DNA of 63,551 bases, the filler included, from Octopus bimaculoides (taxonomy: Eukaryota): NCBI RefSeq assembly GCF_001194135.2. It is 14 parts of 13 records of this genome, joined end to end, with 100 filler letters (N's around TTAATTAATTAA, not from the genome) between each part and the next. Parts side by side here need not be neighbours in the genome. Positions count along the whole stretch, not along the records: positions 10,141 to 21,086 come from NC_069008.1; positions 21,187 to 27,556 come from NC_068999.1; 12 more parts are not named here. One strand, given 5' to 3'. Positions 13,330-26,865 of the stretch are shown here, piece after piece. Made by a program: the position numbers and the translations under genes. The notes below the pieces were generated by a model. That model had not been told where the DNA came from and did no database searches. It saw only the letters and a list, made by a program, of their open reading frames with translations. How positions within the stretch are numbered: position 1 is the first letter of the stretch; each line of letters begins with the position of its first letter.

Positions 13330-13973
13330 CTGCCTCTCAGTTTATTTGTCTGTCTGTTTTTCAGTCAGTTTGTCAGTCTGTCTCTCTGTTTGTCAGTCTG
13401 TCTGACCGTCAGTTTATCTGTCCGTCTATCCTCCTATTTGCCAGTCAGTCAATCTGTCTGTCAGTCTGCTTGTCTGTCAGTCTGTCTGTCTGTCTGTCTG
13501 TCTGTCTGTTAGTCTGTTCATTTGTCTGTCTGTCAGTCAATCCATCTGTCTGTCAGTCTATCCATCTATCTGTCTGTCAGTCTATCCATCTATCTGTCTG
13601 TCTGTCTCGCTGTCTGTCTGTCTGTCTCGCTGTCTGTCTGTCTGTCTCGCTGTCTGTCTGTCTGTCTNNNNNNNNNNNNNNNNNNNNNNNNNNNNNNNNN
13701 NNNNNNNNNNNNNNNNNNNNNNNNNNNNNNNNNNNNNNNNNNNNNNNNNNNNNNNNNNNNNNNNNNNNNNNNNNNNNNNNNNNNNNNNNNNNNNNNNNNN
13801 NNNNNNNNNNNNNNNNNNNNNNNNNNNNNNNNNNNNNNNNNNNNNNNNNNNNNNNNNNNNNNNNNNNNNNNNNNNNNNNNNNNNNNNNNNNNNNNNNNNN
13901 NNNNNNNNNNNNNNNNNNNNNNNNCTGTCTGTCTGTCTGTCTGTCTCGCTGTCTGTCTGTCTGTCTGTCTCGC

Positions 13974-14006
<33 letters not shown>

Positions 14007-14320
14007 CGCTGTCTGTCTCGTTGTCTGTCTGTCTGTCTCAGTCTATCCACCTATTTGTCCGTTGGTCTAACTACCTACCCGTCTGCTCCATCAGTCTATC
14101 CATACATTTGACGGTCTATCCATTTTTCTTTTGTCTGTCAGTCTATCCATCTACCTGCCTGTCTATCTACCCATCCGTCTTTTTCAGTCTATCCCTTCCT
14201 TCCTTCTTCCCTCACTCGGTCTGTCTGTCTGTCTGTCTGTCTGTTTATCTACATATGCATTTGTCTATCAGCCTATCTCTGTATGTATGTATGTATGTAT
14301 GTATGTATGTACGTACACAT
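13330..14320. repeat. (TCTG)n/(TCTA)n/(TATG)n compound satellite spanning a gap
   Basis: Directly visible. Confidence 0.9.
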
Positions 14321-14470
14321 ATGCATATAGACATTAATACAGACGTATGTACTTACGCATCAAGTTTGCATGTGGTACGTTTGAAGCTGTGCGATTTTTG
14401 TTTTATATTTCTATATATCTATATGCGTATAACTGCCTCTGTGTCTTTGTCTAGATACTATGTGTCTGCA

Positions 14471-14509
<39 letters not shown>

Positions 14510-14634
14510 CTGACTGCATATATATGCAACTGTTTTTGCCGCGTTTGCAAGTCTGGTATCCTGAACCAAAAAGTACACGAAACTAATGTTAAAATAAAAA
14601 GAAAAGGTGCGGTTACTTTACTAAGATGACTCAC

Positions 14635-14654
14635 CTGAAATTTGTGTCAGACAT
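14635..14654 (-). CDS. Candidate first coding exon (MSDTNF, phase 2) of an unidentified minus-strand transcript
   Basis: GCCGCCGCC-ATG context followed 20 nt later by CAG|GTGAGT. In-frame upstream TAG about 27 codons 5'. Unique CpG-containing sequence with a CCAAT lies upstream. No partner exon found. Confidence 0.4.
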
Positions 14655-15084
14655 GGCGGCGGCAGTAGTAATGGTGGTGGTGCCAGTGATGGTGGAACGA
14701 TGTGGTGGAAGTGGAGATATGGTATGGCAGTGGTACTGCTAGTGGTCGTTTAGTACGACGCTAAAATAAACAGATACTTATTTGACGAAAACTAAGTCAG
14801 ACAAAACAGTCTGGTGATGTGTAGAGAAAACAGTAAAAAAAAAACAAAAACAGACAAATAAAAAACGATTACATCAAATACCGGACGTTATGTCTGTACC
14901 GATCAGATTGGTTTTGTATACTATCTATAAAGCGATAACAACACGTTTCAACATCACTGCGTCCAGAAGATGAGAACGTGAACGTTAAGAAACGCTGGTG
15001 TTGGTTTTTAGACCTCCCGTAGCACTTACATAGCCTTACCTACCATCTTGGGTCTTCTGGATACCAATACCTCTTTTATGTATG

Positions 15085-15117
<33 letters not shown>

Positions 15118-15310
15118 NNNNNNNNNNNNNNNNNNNNNNNNNNNNNNNNNNNNNNNNNNNNNNNNNNNNNNNNNNNNNNNNNNNNNNNNNNNNNNNNNNN
15201 NNNNNNNNNNNNNNNNNNNNNNNNNNNNNNNNNNNNNNNNNNNNNNNNNNNNNNNNNNNNNNNNNNNNNNNNNNNNNNNNNNNNNNNNNNNNATACATAT
15301 ATATACATAC

Positions 15311-15519
15311 ACGAGCGGGGTACTGAAAAGTTTCTGGCTTTAAGGGTGTCGCGAAAGGCCTGGTTGGAGGCCCAACCTCCCGGGTTCTTTTACAGAGCTT
15401 AGAAAAGCTGAAGGACCGCTGCAAAAAATGTGTGAACCTCAGAGGGTTGAATAAAATCGTAATTAACTGATAATCCGGTATTTTCTTTTACCCAGTGCCA
15501 GGAATTCTTCAACACGCCT
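15311..15519 (+). mobile_element. Mariner-derived MITE
   Basis: Imperfect TIRs acgagcggggtactgaaaagtttctggc / gccaggaattcttcaacacgcc. The interior encodes LEKLKDRCKKCVNLRG, a mariner transposase C-terminus. Confidence 0.65.
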
Positions 15520-15529
15520 TTATTGGCTC

Positions 15530-16225
15530 ATACATACATACATACATACATACATAAGACAGTAGGGTGTGATTTGAGGTACTTTTTGCTGCTATATCTA
15601 TATCTGTAGCTACCGTGTAGCGATCTCCCTCGTTGGCTTATACATACGTACATACATACATACATACACGTGTAGAAACATAAGACAGCAGAGTATGATT
15701 TGAGGACTATTTGGTAGCTATTACTTCAAAGTCTGGTTGCGTTGTAGAGGTCTCCGTCATAAGATAGTAGGGTGTGATTTGAGGGACATTTGACAGCTAT
15801 TTCTACCATGTCCAAATACTATGTAGGGGTTTCCCTCATTGGCTCATACATACATACATACATACATAGATGAGAGAATAGGGTGTGATTTGAGGGAAAA
15901 TTGCTTGCTTTTTCGACTAGGTGTAGGAACCGTGTAGGAATCTCCCTAGTTGGCTCATACATACTTACATAGGTACATACATACAGTAGACTGTGATTTG
16001 AGGGAGATTGGCAGCTATTTCTTCGAGGCATAGCTACCATTGGCTCATACTTACACATATACATACATATGACAGTAGGATGTGATTTGTGGCAGATTTG
16101 GCAGCCATTTGTACTGTCTAGCTACCATGTAGTTGTCTCCCTCGTTGCCTCAGACTTACATACGTATATACATACACGAAGACTGCAGGGTGTGACTTGA
16201 GGGAGATTGGACTGCTATTTTTACT
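15530..16225 (+). repeat. Degenerate tandem array (about 100-bp unit x7) alternating with (CATA)n
   Basis: Core gtagggtgtgatttgagggagatttggctgctattt recurs near 15560, 15685, 15767, 15880, 15985, 16072 and 16182. Confidence 0.8.
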
Positions 16226-16567
16226 TAGTCCAACAATAATCTGGAGGCCCCGTTCCTGGCTGTCCTATAGGTGTTGCATTTGATAGCGGAGGCGCTAAGC
16301 GACGGCGGTGTCGGATTTGATAATGGTGGTTGCAATAATGTTGGTAGGGGTAGTGGGTTTAGTAGTGATGGGAGAGAGAGTGGTAGCGTTCTATTAAGGA
16401 CGTTGACGTTAATTTCCTCTGCTGTCAATACGTCAGCTACACTTTAGTAGTCCCTTACCTCCCACCTTCCCTCTCATTACTCGTGCACATATATACATGT
16501 AAACGCATAGGCGTGTATACGCCCGCGCGGTTCGATAGAATTGTCTGTCTGTCTGTCTATGTGTATT

Positions 16568-16620
<53 letters not shown>

Positions 16621-16942
16621 TCTCTCTCTCGGCCTACCTGTCTCTGTGCCTGTCTATCGGAGTGTCTTTCTATCTATCTATCTATCTATCTATTTGCATA
16701 TTTGCATATTTGCACCCCCACGCCCCTACAGAGTTTTCAAACCACTGTATTGCTTCAAAAGTTGATTCCAAGTCTGATGATCGAATACGTGAAACGTGCA
16801 GTAACAATTTCTAACTTTTCTCAGCTTCAATAATATGCGGTATTTCACTCTACCTCTCATAGACGACTTCTAAATTCTCCACCTCGTTTTGCCCATATAT
16901 ACGTCTGAGTATCTATCTAACTTCTGTCTGTCTGTCTCTTTC

Positions 16943-17029
<87 letters not shown>

Positions 17030-17031
<2 letters not shown>

Positions 17032-17200
17032 GTTCTGAGTTCAAATTCCGCCGAGGTCGACTTTGCCTTTCATCCTTTCGGGGTCGATTAAATAAGTACC
17101 AGTTACGAACTGGGGTCGATATAATCGACTTAATCTGTTTGTCTGTCCTTGTTTGTCCCCTCTCTGTGTAGCCCCTTGTGGGTAGTAAAGAAAGAAATAA
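17030..17200 (+). mobile_element. SINE family A, 5'-truncated, next to (CA)n
   Basis: Near-identical (reverse complement) to the 2931-3139 copy. Confidence 0.85.
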
Positions 17201-17207
17201 CACATAT

Positions 17208-17258
<51 letters not shown>

Positions 17259-17618
17259 CATACAACGTGGGAAGAACCATTTCAACGATGCGTACTGCCT
17301 TAATTCTTCGAAACGCCGGTGTTTTAATGGTGGCAGCTGATGAAGGAGATGTTTCTATGTAGCTTGCTTGTTTGTTGTACCTTGTTTATCATTTTGTCCA
17401 TGTTCTTTTTCCACGTCATGTACCCAATTATGTATCTATATGTACATGTAGATGAAGGTATGTACATACATGTACATATATATGCATATACTCATATATT
17501 GTTTATATATATATACACACACACACACACATTTACATACAAGCACATACATGCATGCAATGATTTAGTTTCATATGTATACATACATACACACACGCAC
17601 ATTCAAGCATAAACAAAC

Positions 17619-17649
<31 letters not shown>

Positions 17650-17899
17650 TAAATGCATAGATATTTACACACACACACACACACACACACATTTATATAT
17701 ATACACACACATATATATATACACATATAACTACACATTGATATACATATATATACACACACACACACATATATACACACTTATAACTACACATTCATAC
17801 AAATATATATATATATATATATATGCTGACTTCTATAATTCTAACGTACACCCAACCAAACACGAAACCAAAGCAACGAAACACGCCAAACAAAATAAC

Positions 17900-18800
17900 A
17901 TCCTTTCCGCACCACATCCACTCCTCCCTATCCTCCTCCTCCTCCTCCTGCCGCCGCCGCCGCCTCCATGCTCCCACATAGCCACATTGTGCTGTTCTCA
18001 CCTAAGTACCGTCTTTATTTTAAGATACACCTTCGTCATCACTTTATCTTCTTCTTCTTTTTGTATTCTTCTACTCCTCTCCCTCCTTCGTCTTTCTTCT
18101 TCTTTTGTTGTTGTTCTTGCATTGTCGCCGTTGGTGTTGCTGCTGCTGCTGCTGTTGTTGTTGTTCTTGTTCTCCTCCTTCTTTTTCTTCTTTTTCTTCT
18201 TTATCTTCTTCTTTATCTTCTTCTTTATCTTCTTTTTCTTCTTTTTCTTCTTTTTCTTCTTCTTTTTCTTCTTCTACTTCTTCTTATGTTCTTCATTTTC
18301 TTCTTTTTCTTCTTCTTTTTCTTCTTCTTCTTCTGTTCTTCATTTTCTTCTTTATATTTTTCTTCTTTTTCTTTTTCTTCTTCTTCTTCTTATGTTCTTC
18401 ATTTTCTTCCTCTTTTTCTTTTTCTTCTTTTTCTTCTTCTGTTCTTCACCAACCTCAACTCCACGATCAACATCGTCTTCATCACCGCCCTCCTCCTCCT
18501 TCTTCTCCTCACCACCATCACCACCATCATCGTCATCATCACCACCAGCACCACCATCACCACAACCTTGTTCTTTATCAACAGCATCACTCTCAGCATC
18601 GCTCTCGTCATCATTATAAATCATCCTTATCAACCATCATCATCATCATCATCATCATGGACATCACCTCTCATCGTCGTTGTTCACACCATCACCACCA
18701 CCACCACCATCATCATCATCGTTACCACCACCATCATCATGATGTTAATGCTACCGTCACTACTGCTACTGCTACTGTTACTGTTGTTGTTGTTTCCGCA
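17900..18800. repeat. Low-complexity trinucleotide field (CTT/CCT/CAT/CAC)
   Basis: Pyrimidine-rich triplets with an internal duplication of about 65 bp (about 18278 and 18385). The purine strand has stops in its frames. Confidence 0.8.
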
Positions 18801-19039
18801 GCCGACACTTCAATAACCTACCTAATTAGAAGACTCCATATTGTTACCTCTGCATCAGACCTCCCCCCCCCCAAACCTTCTCGGCCAACACCTCCCTGTT
18901 AGCGTAGGAAAAACATCAGTTGCATATGTGTGTGTGTGTGTGTGTGCTTGAATGTGTGTGTATGCATACATGCGTTCACCTACACATACACACAGACATT
19001 TGTACACGAATAGTTGTGTGTGTGTGTATGTGTGTATAC

Positions 19040-19078
<39 letters not shown>

Positions 19079-19196
19079 CACATATGTGTGTGTGTTTGTA
19101 CGTATATATACATGTATAGACAAATATATTAGTATATATATCTATATACATTCATATGTTTATATACATATGTATACACACACATACACACAGGTG

Positions 19197-19231
<35 letters not shown>

Positions 19232-19277
19232 ATATTAAGGACGTGCCGCCTGGGTAGGCAATGTACGCAGTGCCTAC

Positions 19278-19405
19278 CTTGAATACACACACGATGTATA
19301 CAACGGGCTTCTTTCAGTTTCCGTCTAACAATGCTTTAGTCAGCCTGAGGCTATAGTAGCATACGCTTGCCCATGGTTCCACGCAGTGGGATTGAACCCG
19401 GAATC
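19278..19405 (-). mobile_element. SINE family B, 5' head fragment
   Basis: gggcttctttcagtttccgtcta...aggctatagtag...ccacgcagtgggattgaacccgg. Confidence 0.7.
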
Positions 19406-22400
19406 ATTAAAAAGTGGTTGAGTATCTCTGCTTTTGCTGTTACATTCTGTCTCTGTCATTAGATTTAATGTGGTAGGGCTGCAAGAGTGTTTGCTTCTGC
19501 TTGCGACTAAACCAAACCCAAAACAATAAGCGACAGGACGTTCGAGGACTACACATCATTCTTGTGAACAGGGCTGGGTAAAGACCCATAGAGGCCTTAA
19601 GCACTTAAAAAAGATTTTTGGTGCCTCCTATATATAATTCAAAATATAAACAATAAACCCTAAACTAAATTTTTATTTTATGGTTTATTATTGTTTGGAT
19701 ATAATGTTTATTTTTGTATACTTCTATTTTATTTATATTTAAAAAGTTGTCTCCTGTTTGTTTTTTTAATTGCAAAGTCTTTGATCAGATCCTCACTATG
19801 AAATCATGGACTTTTCAAAATTATATTTCTGATCATTTAAACTAATTTGAATATCATTCTAGCCAGTTTGAAGTGATTTCTTTTGTGGCGTAAACCATTT
19901 AGGCATAGTGTATCTTATTTTTCAAAATGAAACAGAGCCAACAGTAAGATCGAAAATAATGTTTAATTTTGTATACTTCCGCTTTATTTATATTTGAAAA
20001 ATTACCTCCATTTTAAAAAATGCAAAGTCTTTGATCGGATCCTGTAAATTAATGAGATTAGTTACTCAGAATTAATCTGCTTCTATATTTAGCTGAGAAA
20101 AGGCATCCGGCGTGCCTTGTTCTATAGTTGCCTTGATGGGATTTTTAATATACTTGTCTGAGAAATTGAATGCTCAGCTGAGCAATCTGTGACCATTAAT
20201 ATTCGAAAGGTAATGACTAAATTTGGAAAGGCATACTCAATAATGCTTATTTTAGCAAGTTTAAAGTGATTTTCTTATGGGCCGTAAACCATTTACCATT
20301 TCTGTGGTGTCCCCCGCTCGCGTTTCCTTTGATGCCTTAAGTAGGTGGTTATTTTCCTTAATGGTTAATTCAGCAATGCTTGCAATTGACCGCTCCGGTA
20401 TTAGCTGCGATATATTAGGACACTTAATGAGGCGAGGGCGTGGGGCATAGTGGTTCGGATACTGCACTCGATAATCGCTTGACAATGGTTTCGATTCCAA
20501 GACCGGGCAGTGAGTAGTTTTCTTGAGTAAAAGTCATACCGCAAAAATTCGAACCGGATACAAGAGCTATGCCTTCAAACTAATGCGTTGGACATTCTGT
20601 CCATTTACTGTGGGTGTGTGTGTGTGTAATGGCTTCGTGTTTCAATGTACGTGTGGACCTGTATATGTCGAGATATGTGTATATAGACATGTGTTATATG
20701 TATGTACGGTGATGCTGCAACATGACCGCAACTACATGGCAGAAACGAATAAAAGAATACAAATGCAGAAGTCTACGTCCATACGTATGTATATATATAT
20801 ATATGCGTATATATGTATGTATATAGTTAAAATGGCACAAAATACAAAAGACAGACAGGTGAGGAACCAATAAACAAGGTGTATTGCTTTTACATATATA
20901 TGTATATGTATATATATGTATATATATGTATATGTATATATATGTATATGTATATATATGTATATGTATATATATGTATATGTATATATATGTATATGTA
21001 TATATATGTATATGTATATGTATGTATATATATGTATATGTATGTATATATATGTATATATATGTATATGTATATATATGTATATGNNNNNNNNNNNNNN
21101 NNNNNNNNNNNNNNNNNNNNNNNNNNNNNNTTAATTAATTAANNNNNNNNNNNNNNNNNNNNNNNNNNNNNNNNNNNNNNNNNNNNTATAACCCTTTTCT
21201 TATCATATTTCTAATCGAAATATACTCCTTATGTGTTTCAATTAAATTATAAAATAATTGTGAATTTAGACTGGCTTCATTAATCAACTCTAATTTTTTT
21301 TTATCTACTGATGTATTAATGGAATTTTTGGAACATAATTTTATGAAAGGTTCTTAACGAAATCTATTGCATAATTTTTACGACTAAATAAAGTTAAATT
21401 CAACAAAATACAAAATTATTTTTTAAAAGCTTACATTAAACAACATATCCAATTTTTCATCTGTAATAACAACAGTTCTCATTTGGAATAATAATTAATA
21501 CAGAAAATCCAAAACTATAATGATTTTTTATAATTAAATTTGATAGTTAAAAAGACCTGAATGACTATTTAAGCAAATCATATTTAAATATAATTTGTTG
21601 AAGAAACATATAATTAGTCGTAATTACACCTGGTATCAAGATGGCAATGAGATTTCGAGTTTTATCAGCTACTTATATTTGTAATCTCTCTCATATACTC
21701 TTTAAAGTCTTGGTTTACTTAGTTTAACTGTAAATATATATATTCTTTATTTTTTATTACATTTGTAACATATTACAAATATTTAATTTTAATTTTAAAA
21801 AAATTTTGGCATAATTGAAGTGGAAAATATAATTTTAATTAGAAATAAAATTTGTTCAACATTTTTGTGACATGTTTAAAATTTATCCTAAATAAGAGAT
21901 ATTGTATATTTATGCTACTGCAAAACTTTAATGAAAATTAATCCATATGATAATAATTAGAAATATAAATAGATGTCTACGGCCCTGCACCTCATCTGTC
22001 CCTGGTGCATTCCTCCCCCTTGCAACCCATCCCACTACTCATCTGATTATGGCACTACTCGTTCAGCTGACGTAACTATGAGAGTGGAACTGCACGTATT
22101 TCACTCCCTACCCCATGCACTACTGCTTACCCTCTCTGGAACTACTTCCTTTGTCTCATGTATTCTCAGTACCATCCCATACCACCTTATTTTCCACTGA
22201 ATGTCCCTTTCACCTCTCCTTTTCCAGCACACCTCCACTCATTTGGCCAATGACAATCCTCCCCCAGATTAGCTCTGTTTGTCTTCCACCATTTCCACCC
22301 TCACGTACCTCTGACTTTTTCCCTGGCACTGTGCATCTCTCTCCTATTCCCCCACTCCCACAGTTCATATCATCTTTTCTGCCATTTATTACCTCCTTCA

Positions 22401-22789
22401 TCCACACCTATTTCCTTCACCTTCCTTTCTAATTGACATATATGATTGACCATACCTCCACCAGTGTCCACCATTCCTGCATTTCCCTCTCACCCCATCT
22501 CTGTCCATCTTCCACTCACCTCTCACACACCTGCAAACTTACTTAGCCATGCATATCACTTCTCTTACATTCATTGTCCTGTAACTTGAAGGTACAACCT
22601 GACATATTTTCCCCACCATTCTCTTTCGTTTCCAACAGGAGTAACCAGGAATCTCCCCTATAACATGAGTGTTGTTTCTGTTCCTCTATCATACTTTAAC
22701 CTCCCATTACCTGGCTTAAAACCACTTCCATCGATACCACTCCATCACCTCAGATGAAGGTCTTGTCTTGCAAGTTATCTGTTGACTTC

Positions 22790-22985
22790 ACTAGTGCTGG
22801 TGGCACATAAAAAACACAAAGCACACTCAGTGGAGTAGTTTGCATTAGGAAGGTCATCCAGTTGTAGAAACCATGCCAAAGCAGGCATTAGAGTTTGGTG
22901 CAGTCCTCTGGCTTGCCAGATCCTGTTGCACTGTCCAACCCATGCAAAAATGGAAAATGGACAGTAAATGATGATGATGATGATG
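22790..22985 (+). mobile_element. RTE-type 3' tail with (GAT)n
   Basis: ggcacataaaaa...cattaggaaggtcatccagttgtagaaac...ccaacccatgc...atgatgatgatgatg. Confidence 0.7.
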
Positions 22986-23689
22986 AATTGGTTTCTTTTG
23001 GGCTGGGTATAAAAGCTATATATTTTAGGGAAGGAAATGAATGGGATACAGGGGTAGACATACCTTTTACTGTATGTAATATTAGTGAAGTGACTCTGAA
23101 AGTTTTATCCAAAATAAGCAAGGTCACACCCACTTATTTGTGTATCTTACTTATTATGAATGGCTTCTTAAAGTGAAGTCTTAGATATCAAAGAAAATAC
23201 ACTAATAAAAAAACTGTTGAAGCATATTTGGAAGTTATCTAGGAAAAAACCAATAAAAAAATCCTTAATCAAAATTCTATATTTATTTCTTCATAAGATG
23301 ATTACAAGCATTTAGAAAGATACAGATAATTATATAAGAAAATATAATTAATGTAACCCCGTAATTTAGTTTACATAAACATAACTATTTTTGAACCATT
23401 TAAAAAAAAATGTCTTCCATTTATATATTTTTTAAAAGTCAGTGACAAAATACATTAAATCAATAATTATATAAATAATAATTAATTCAAAATACATTTT
23501 CTTTAATAATTAATAATTAGAGTGGTGCAGATGCCCAGGTCAGTAAAATATTACACTGTATATTTTATTGTAGCTAGTTTGAAGCCTCACTTTTCCAACC
23601 ATGAGGTGTTCACTTTATAATAAAAAAAAAATAGTTATTTTAATCTGTTCATAATGATTATTAATTAAAGAAATTTGAATGTTGCTTAC

Positions 23690-23884
23690 CTTCTAGTTCG
23701 GCTTCACTTGCCACAGCAATAGAGTGTCTGCTACGGGTTTTAGAAAATATCTTTGATAATGATCCCAGGGGTTTTTTCCTTTTGTGTTTCAGCTGGTTTT
23801 CAAAATTTTCTTGGCTAGAACTGAGTATAGCTTGTAAGGGCGTAGTAGTGTTTTCCATTATTAATAATGAACTATTATTTGAGA
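23690..23884 (-). CDS. Internal exon of a kazrin/liprin-gamma-like gene (195 bp, phase 1-1)
   Basis: Acceptor ttcccttccAG, donor AAG|GTAAGC, open frame. Encodes QLKHKRKKPLGSLSKIFSKTRSRHSIA, resembling the basic GSxSRVF motif preceding the SAM domains of kazrin/liprin-gamma. Family assignment is from memory, not a search. Confidence 0.7.
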
Positions 23885-24610
23885 CTGGAAGGGAAATACA
23901 AGTCAGAAGAAACAAGGAAAATTATTTACAAGAATGAAGCGAACGAAAACTAGAAGCTGTACACCAATAGGTAGGTAGAAAGTAGAAGAGTTAAATGAAA
24001 GTATACTAACACATCTGATGTGACCTACTAAATGCAGGATGGCTGAGAAATATTATTAGAGTAGTGAGAGACAATAGTTGTTCTCTACATTGTTCCAACA
24101 AGAGTAAATAACCTTGTTTGACAAAATGACAAAAGATGTTCAAAGCTTCAGAGACTATTTGAAATGTTATCCTAAAGCAAATATTGTTAATTCAGTACAA
24201 AAGAAATCCATAGATTTCTGGATAGTAATGATTTGTTCATTTGTTAGTTTTGGGATAAACTCACTTTTTGTTATTCTTTACTTGGGGATTTATTTCAAAG
24301 TAATATAGAAGATGACAAAGCCACCACCTTGATTAGGTAAAGACAAAATACCTCCAACAATGACAAGATTATAAATATCATGTTTAAACTGTTCTATAAG
24401 GCAGAACCTTTTTCAAAAAAGCATTCATTATTATTATCTAATAATTAAAAATCATGTGACATGGCCAACTATATAAACTTCTAATTTCAATTAATTAAAA
24501 TTTGATAGATACCAAGAGAAAAGAAGCTGCTCGTTATCTAACTGGTCCAAGTGGTGACTGTATGAAGATGCTATCTTTATAAATACCTCATAATAATGTC
24601 TGGTAGAGAA

Positions 24611-24809
24611 GTGCAGCTGTCCAGGTCAGTAAAATGCTACACTCTATATTTTAATGTATCTAGTTTGAAACCTAATTTTTCCAATAATGAGGCTTCAACC
24701 TAATCAAAAGAAATGATTATTTTAATCTGTTTTAAATGTTTATTTATTACTGAAATTAGATCTAGTTCAGCTTCATTTGCCATAGCAATAGAATATCTGT
24801 TACAAGTTT
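24611..24809 (-). pseudogene. Local duplicate of the exon 3' end plus intron (copy of 23525-23740)
   Basis: Colinear similarity. The copy reads TCNRYSIAMANEAELD versus TRSRHSIAVASEAELE, and the donor segment is deleted. Confidence 0.7.
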
Positions 24810-24967
24810 ATACACACACACAAATATGCATATACAATTTATCTGTCTGTCTGTCTGTCTGACTGACTATCTATCTATCTAGCAAATTAAAATTAGTGAA
24901 ATATCCTTGATTTCATTTTAGCCATACCACTCTAAACTTTAAAAGAATCTTGCATATTTTATTGTCT

Positions 24968-25033
<66 letters not shown>

Positions 25034-25089
25034 ATGCATACATGTTTATATCAGCATGCATATGTGTATGTATGTATAAAAATACTTAC

Positions 25090-25249
25090 GCTTTAAATTA
25101 TTATCTTCAAGAGATTTTTCTGGTGATATTTTTTCAGATGACAGTATCTCCTCCACTGATTGACTTTCTTTCAAACACTTTGAATTATCAAATATATCAG
25201 ATGTGTTATTTGACTGCATTTTATAAGTCGAAGAGAACTGATTCTTTAA
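25090..25249 (-). CDS. Upstream internal exon of the same gene (160 bp, phase 0-1)
   Basis: Acceptor tttttcttcatttattgcAG, donor GC|GTAAGT, open frame LKNQFSSTYKMQSNN...EKSLEDNNLK. It ends in phase 1 and splices in frame to 23884. Confidence 0.65.
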
Positions 25250-25988
25250 CTGCAATAAATGAAGAAAAATTGATCTTGTTACTATGAATTTTTCAATTAC
25301 CATTTTCTATTCTCTTAAAAATTAGAAAGTTTCTCTTTTTTAGACTTGACCATTTTATTCTCAATTTCATTATCAGGTCAAACTATTGGGTTCTTGTCCC
25401 CATTGTGTGGTTGGGAAGCAAGCTTCTTCTGACACAACCATGCCCACACCTAAGAAAAAATTCTTTAGTCTTGCTGCAAAGAATCACCCTAGGACCAGTC
25501 ACATGACAAAATCTAGTCCATGCTGTTAGAGAGGAGCCAGTTTTCTCTGGTGATAAACTCTATGATGAGTGGCAAGATATTGTGAAATCCATCTAACCCA
25601 TGCCAGCATGGAAAAATGGTCATAAAATGATAATTATGATGGTAATCTTAGACAAACTTAATTCGTCAGGAATTATCTTCTTCCTCTCTGCTAACAAATA
25701 TGCAATTAAATAGGTTTAGTGGTTTTCTCTGACACTTTAGCAAATTACAGAGAAGCTACACCTTACTAATTAACCCAAATAGAAGAAATACAATTAACTT
25801 CTTTATGGCAACAAAATGAGAATATGAGTGATAATAAAAGTAATTATTTTTGTTTGTCACATGATTAAAGGCTGATCCTCATTTTGCATAAAGAAGCAAT
25901 AACAAAATTAATACGTTGCTGGAACTATTGCTTATTGAAAGACACACAGAGCATCTCAAAATAAATACAGTAATGAAAGGGTTCAGGA

Positions 25989-26228
25989 AGTGAGTTGGCA
26001 GAATTATTGGCACACTAGACAAAATGCTTAACTGCATTTCATCGATCTTTACAATCTGAGTTCAAATTCTGCTCAGGTCAACTTTGCTATTCATCCTAGT
26101 TGATTATATCAACGCCAGTGCTTATTTTATCAACCTTCAGGTTGATAAGATAAGAATTGGCGCTGATGTTATCAATTAGTCCCTTCCCCCCAAATTTCAG
26201 GGCTTGTGCTTATGGCAGAAAGGATTAT
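25989..26228 (+). mobile_element. SINE family A, diverged
   Basis: gagttggcagaatta...ctgagttcaaattctgc...ccaaatttcagggcttgtgc. Confidence 0.7.
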
Positions 26229-26539
26229 TATTTTTATCATTATCACCATCATCATCATTTGACAACGTGTTGGGGATGGTCAAGTCAAAAGGATTGTCTG
26301 AAATCAAAATAGGATGGTTACTGTTAGTGACTGAATTGTCTTTCATATAACCTGGATTTAATCAACCAATGGCATTTTACTGTCGCCATCCCATTTAAGT
26401 TCCAAGCTATTAACTGGCATTTTATTGTGACGAATATCTCAACTATACAGTGAAATGATAATAATAATATTTCTAGTATGCTTCTACATATGTATATATC
26501 AATAGATACATCTTTACACACACACACACACACAATTTT

Positions 26540-26865
26540 TTACTTGTTTCAATCATTGGACTGCAGCCATGCTGGGCACCATCTTGAAGGGTTTAGTTGA
26601 ACAAATTGGTTCCACTACTTATTTCTTATAAGCCTGGTACTTATTCTATTGGTTTCTTTTGCTGAACCACTAAGTTAAGAGGCCATAAACAAACCAACAC
26701 CGGTTGTCAAGTGGTGGTGACACACACACACACAAAAGCACATATATCACAGACTTTTTTTAGTTTCTGTCTACTAAATCCACTTACAAGCCTTTTGTTG
26801 TTCAGGATTCATAACAGAAGACACTCACTCAAGACGCTTAGCAATGGGATTGAACCGGAAACATG
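26540..26865 (-). mobile_element. SINE family B, diverged
   Basis: Both the 3' half and the head are present around an internal (CA)n. Confidence 0.7.

Noticed and set aside
15530-16225. Repeat-spacer appearance suggestive of CRISPR
   Set aside because: Eukaryotic context, degenerate repeats, microsatellite spacers and no cas genes.
17738-18902. Three overlapping 265-293 aa plus-strand ORFs
   Set aside because: Pyrimidine-rich repeats lack stops by composition; no motif or splice signals recognised, unlike the 37-41.6 kb exon.
21970-22790. C/T-rich block with a weak resemblance to a Penelope 3' end and cagatgaagg near 22750
   Set aside because: Protein similarity is too weak and the hammerhead core (CTGA.GA and GAAA) is not present.
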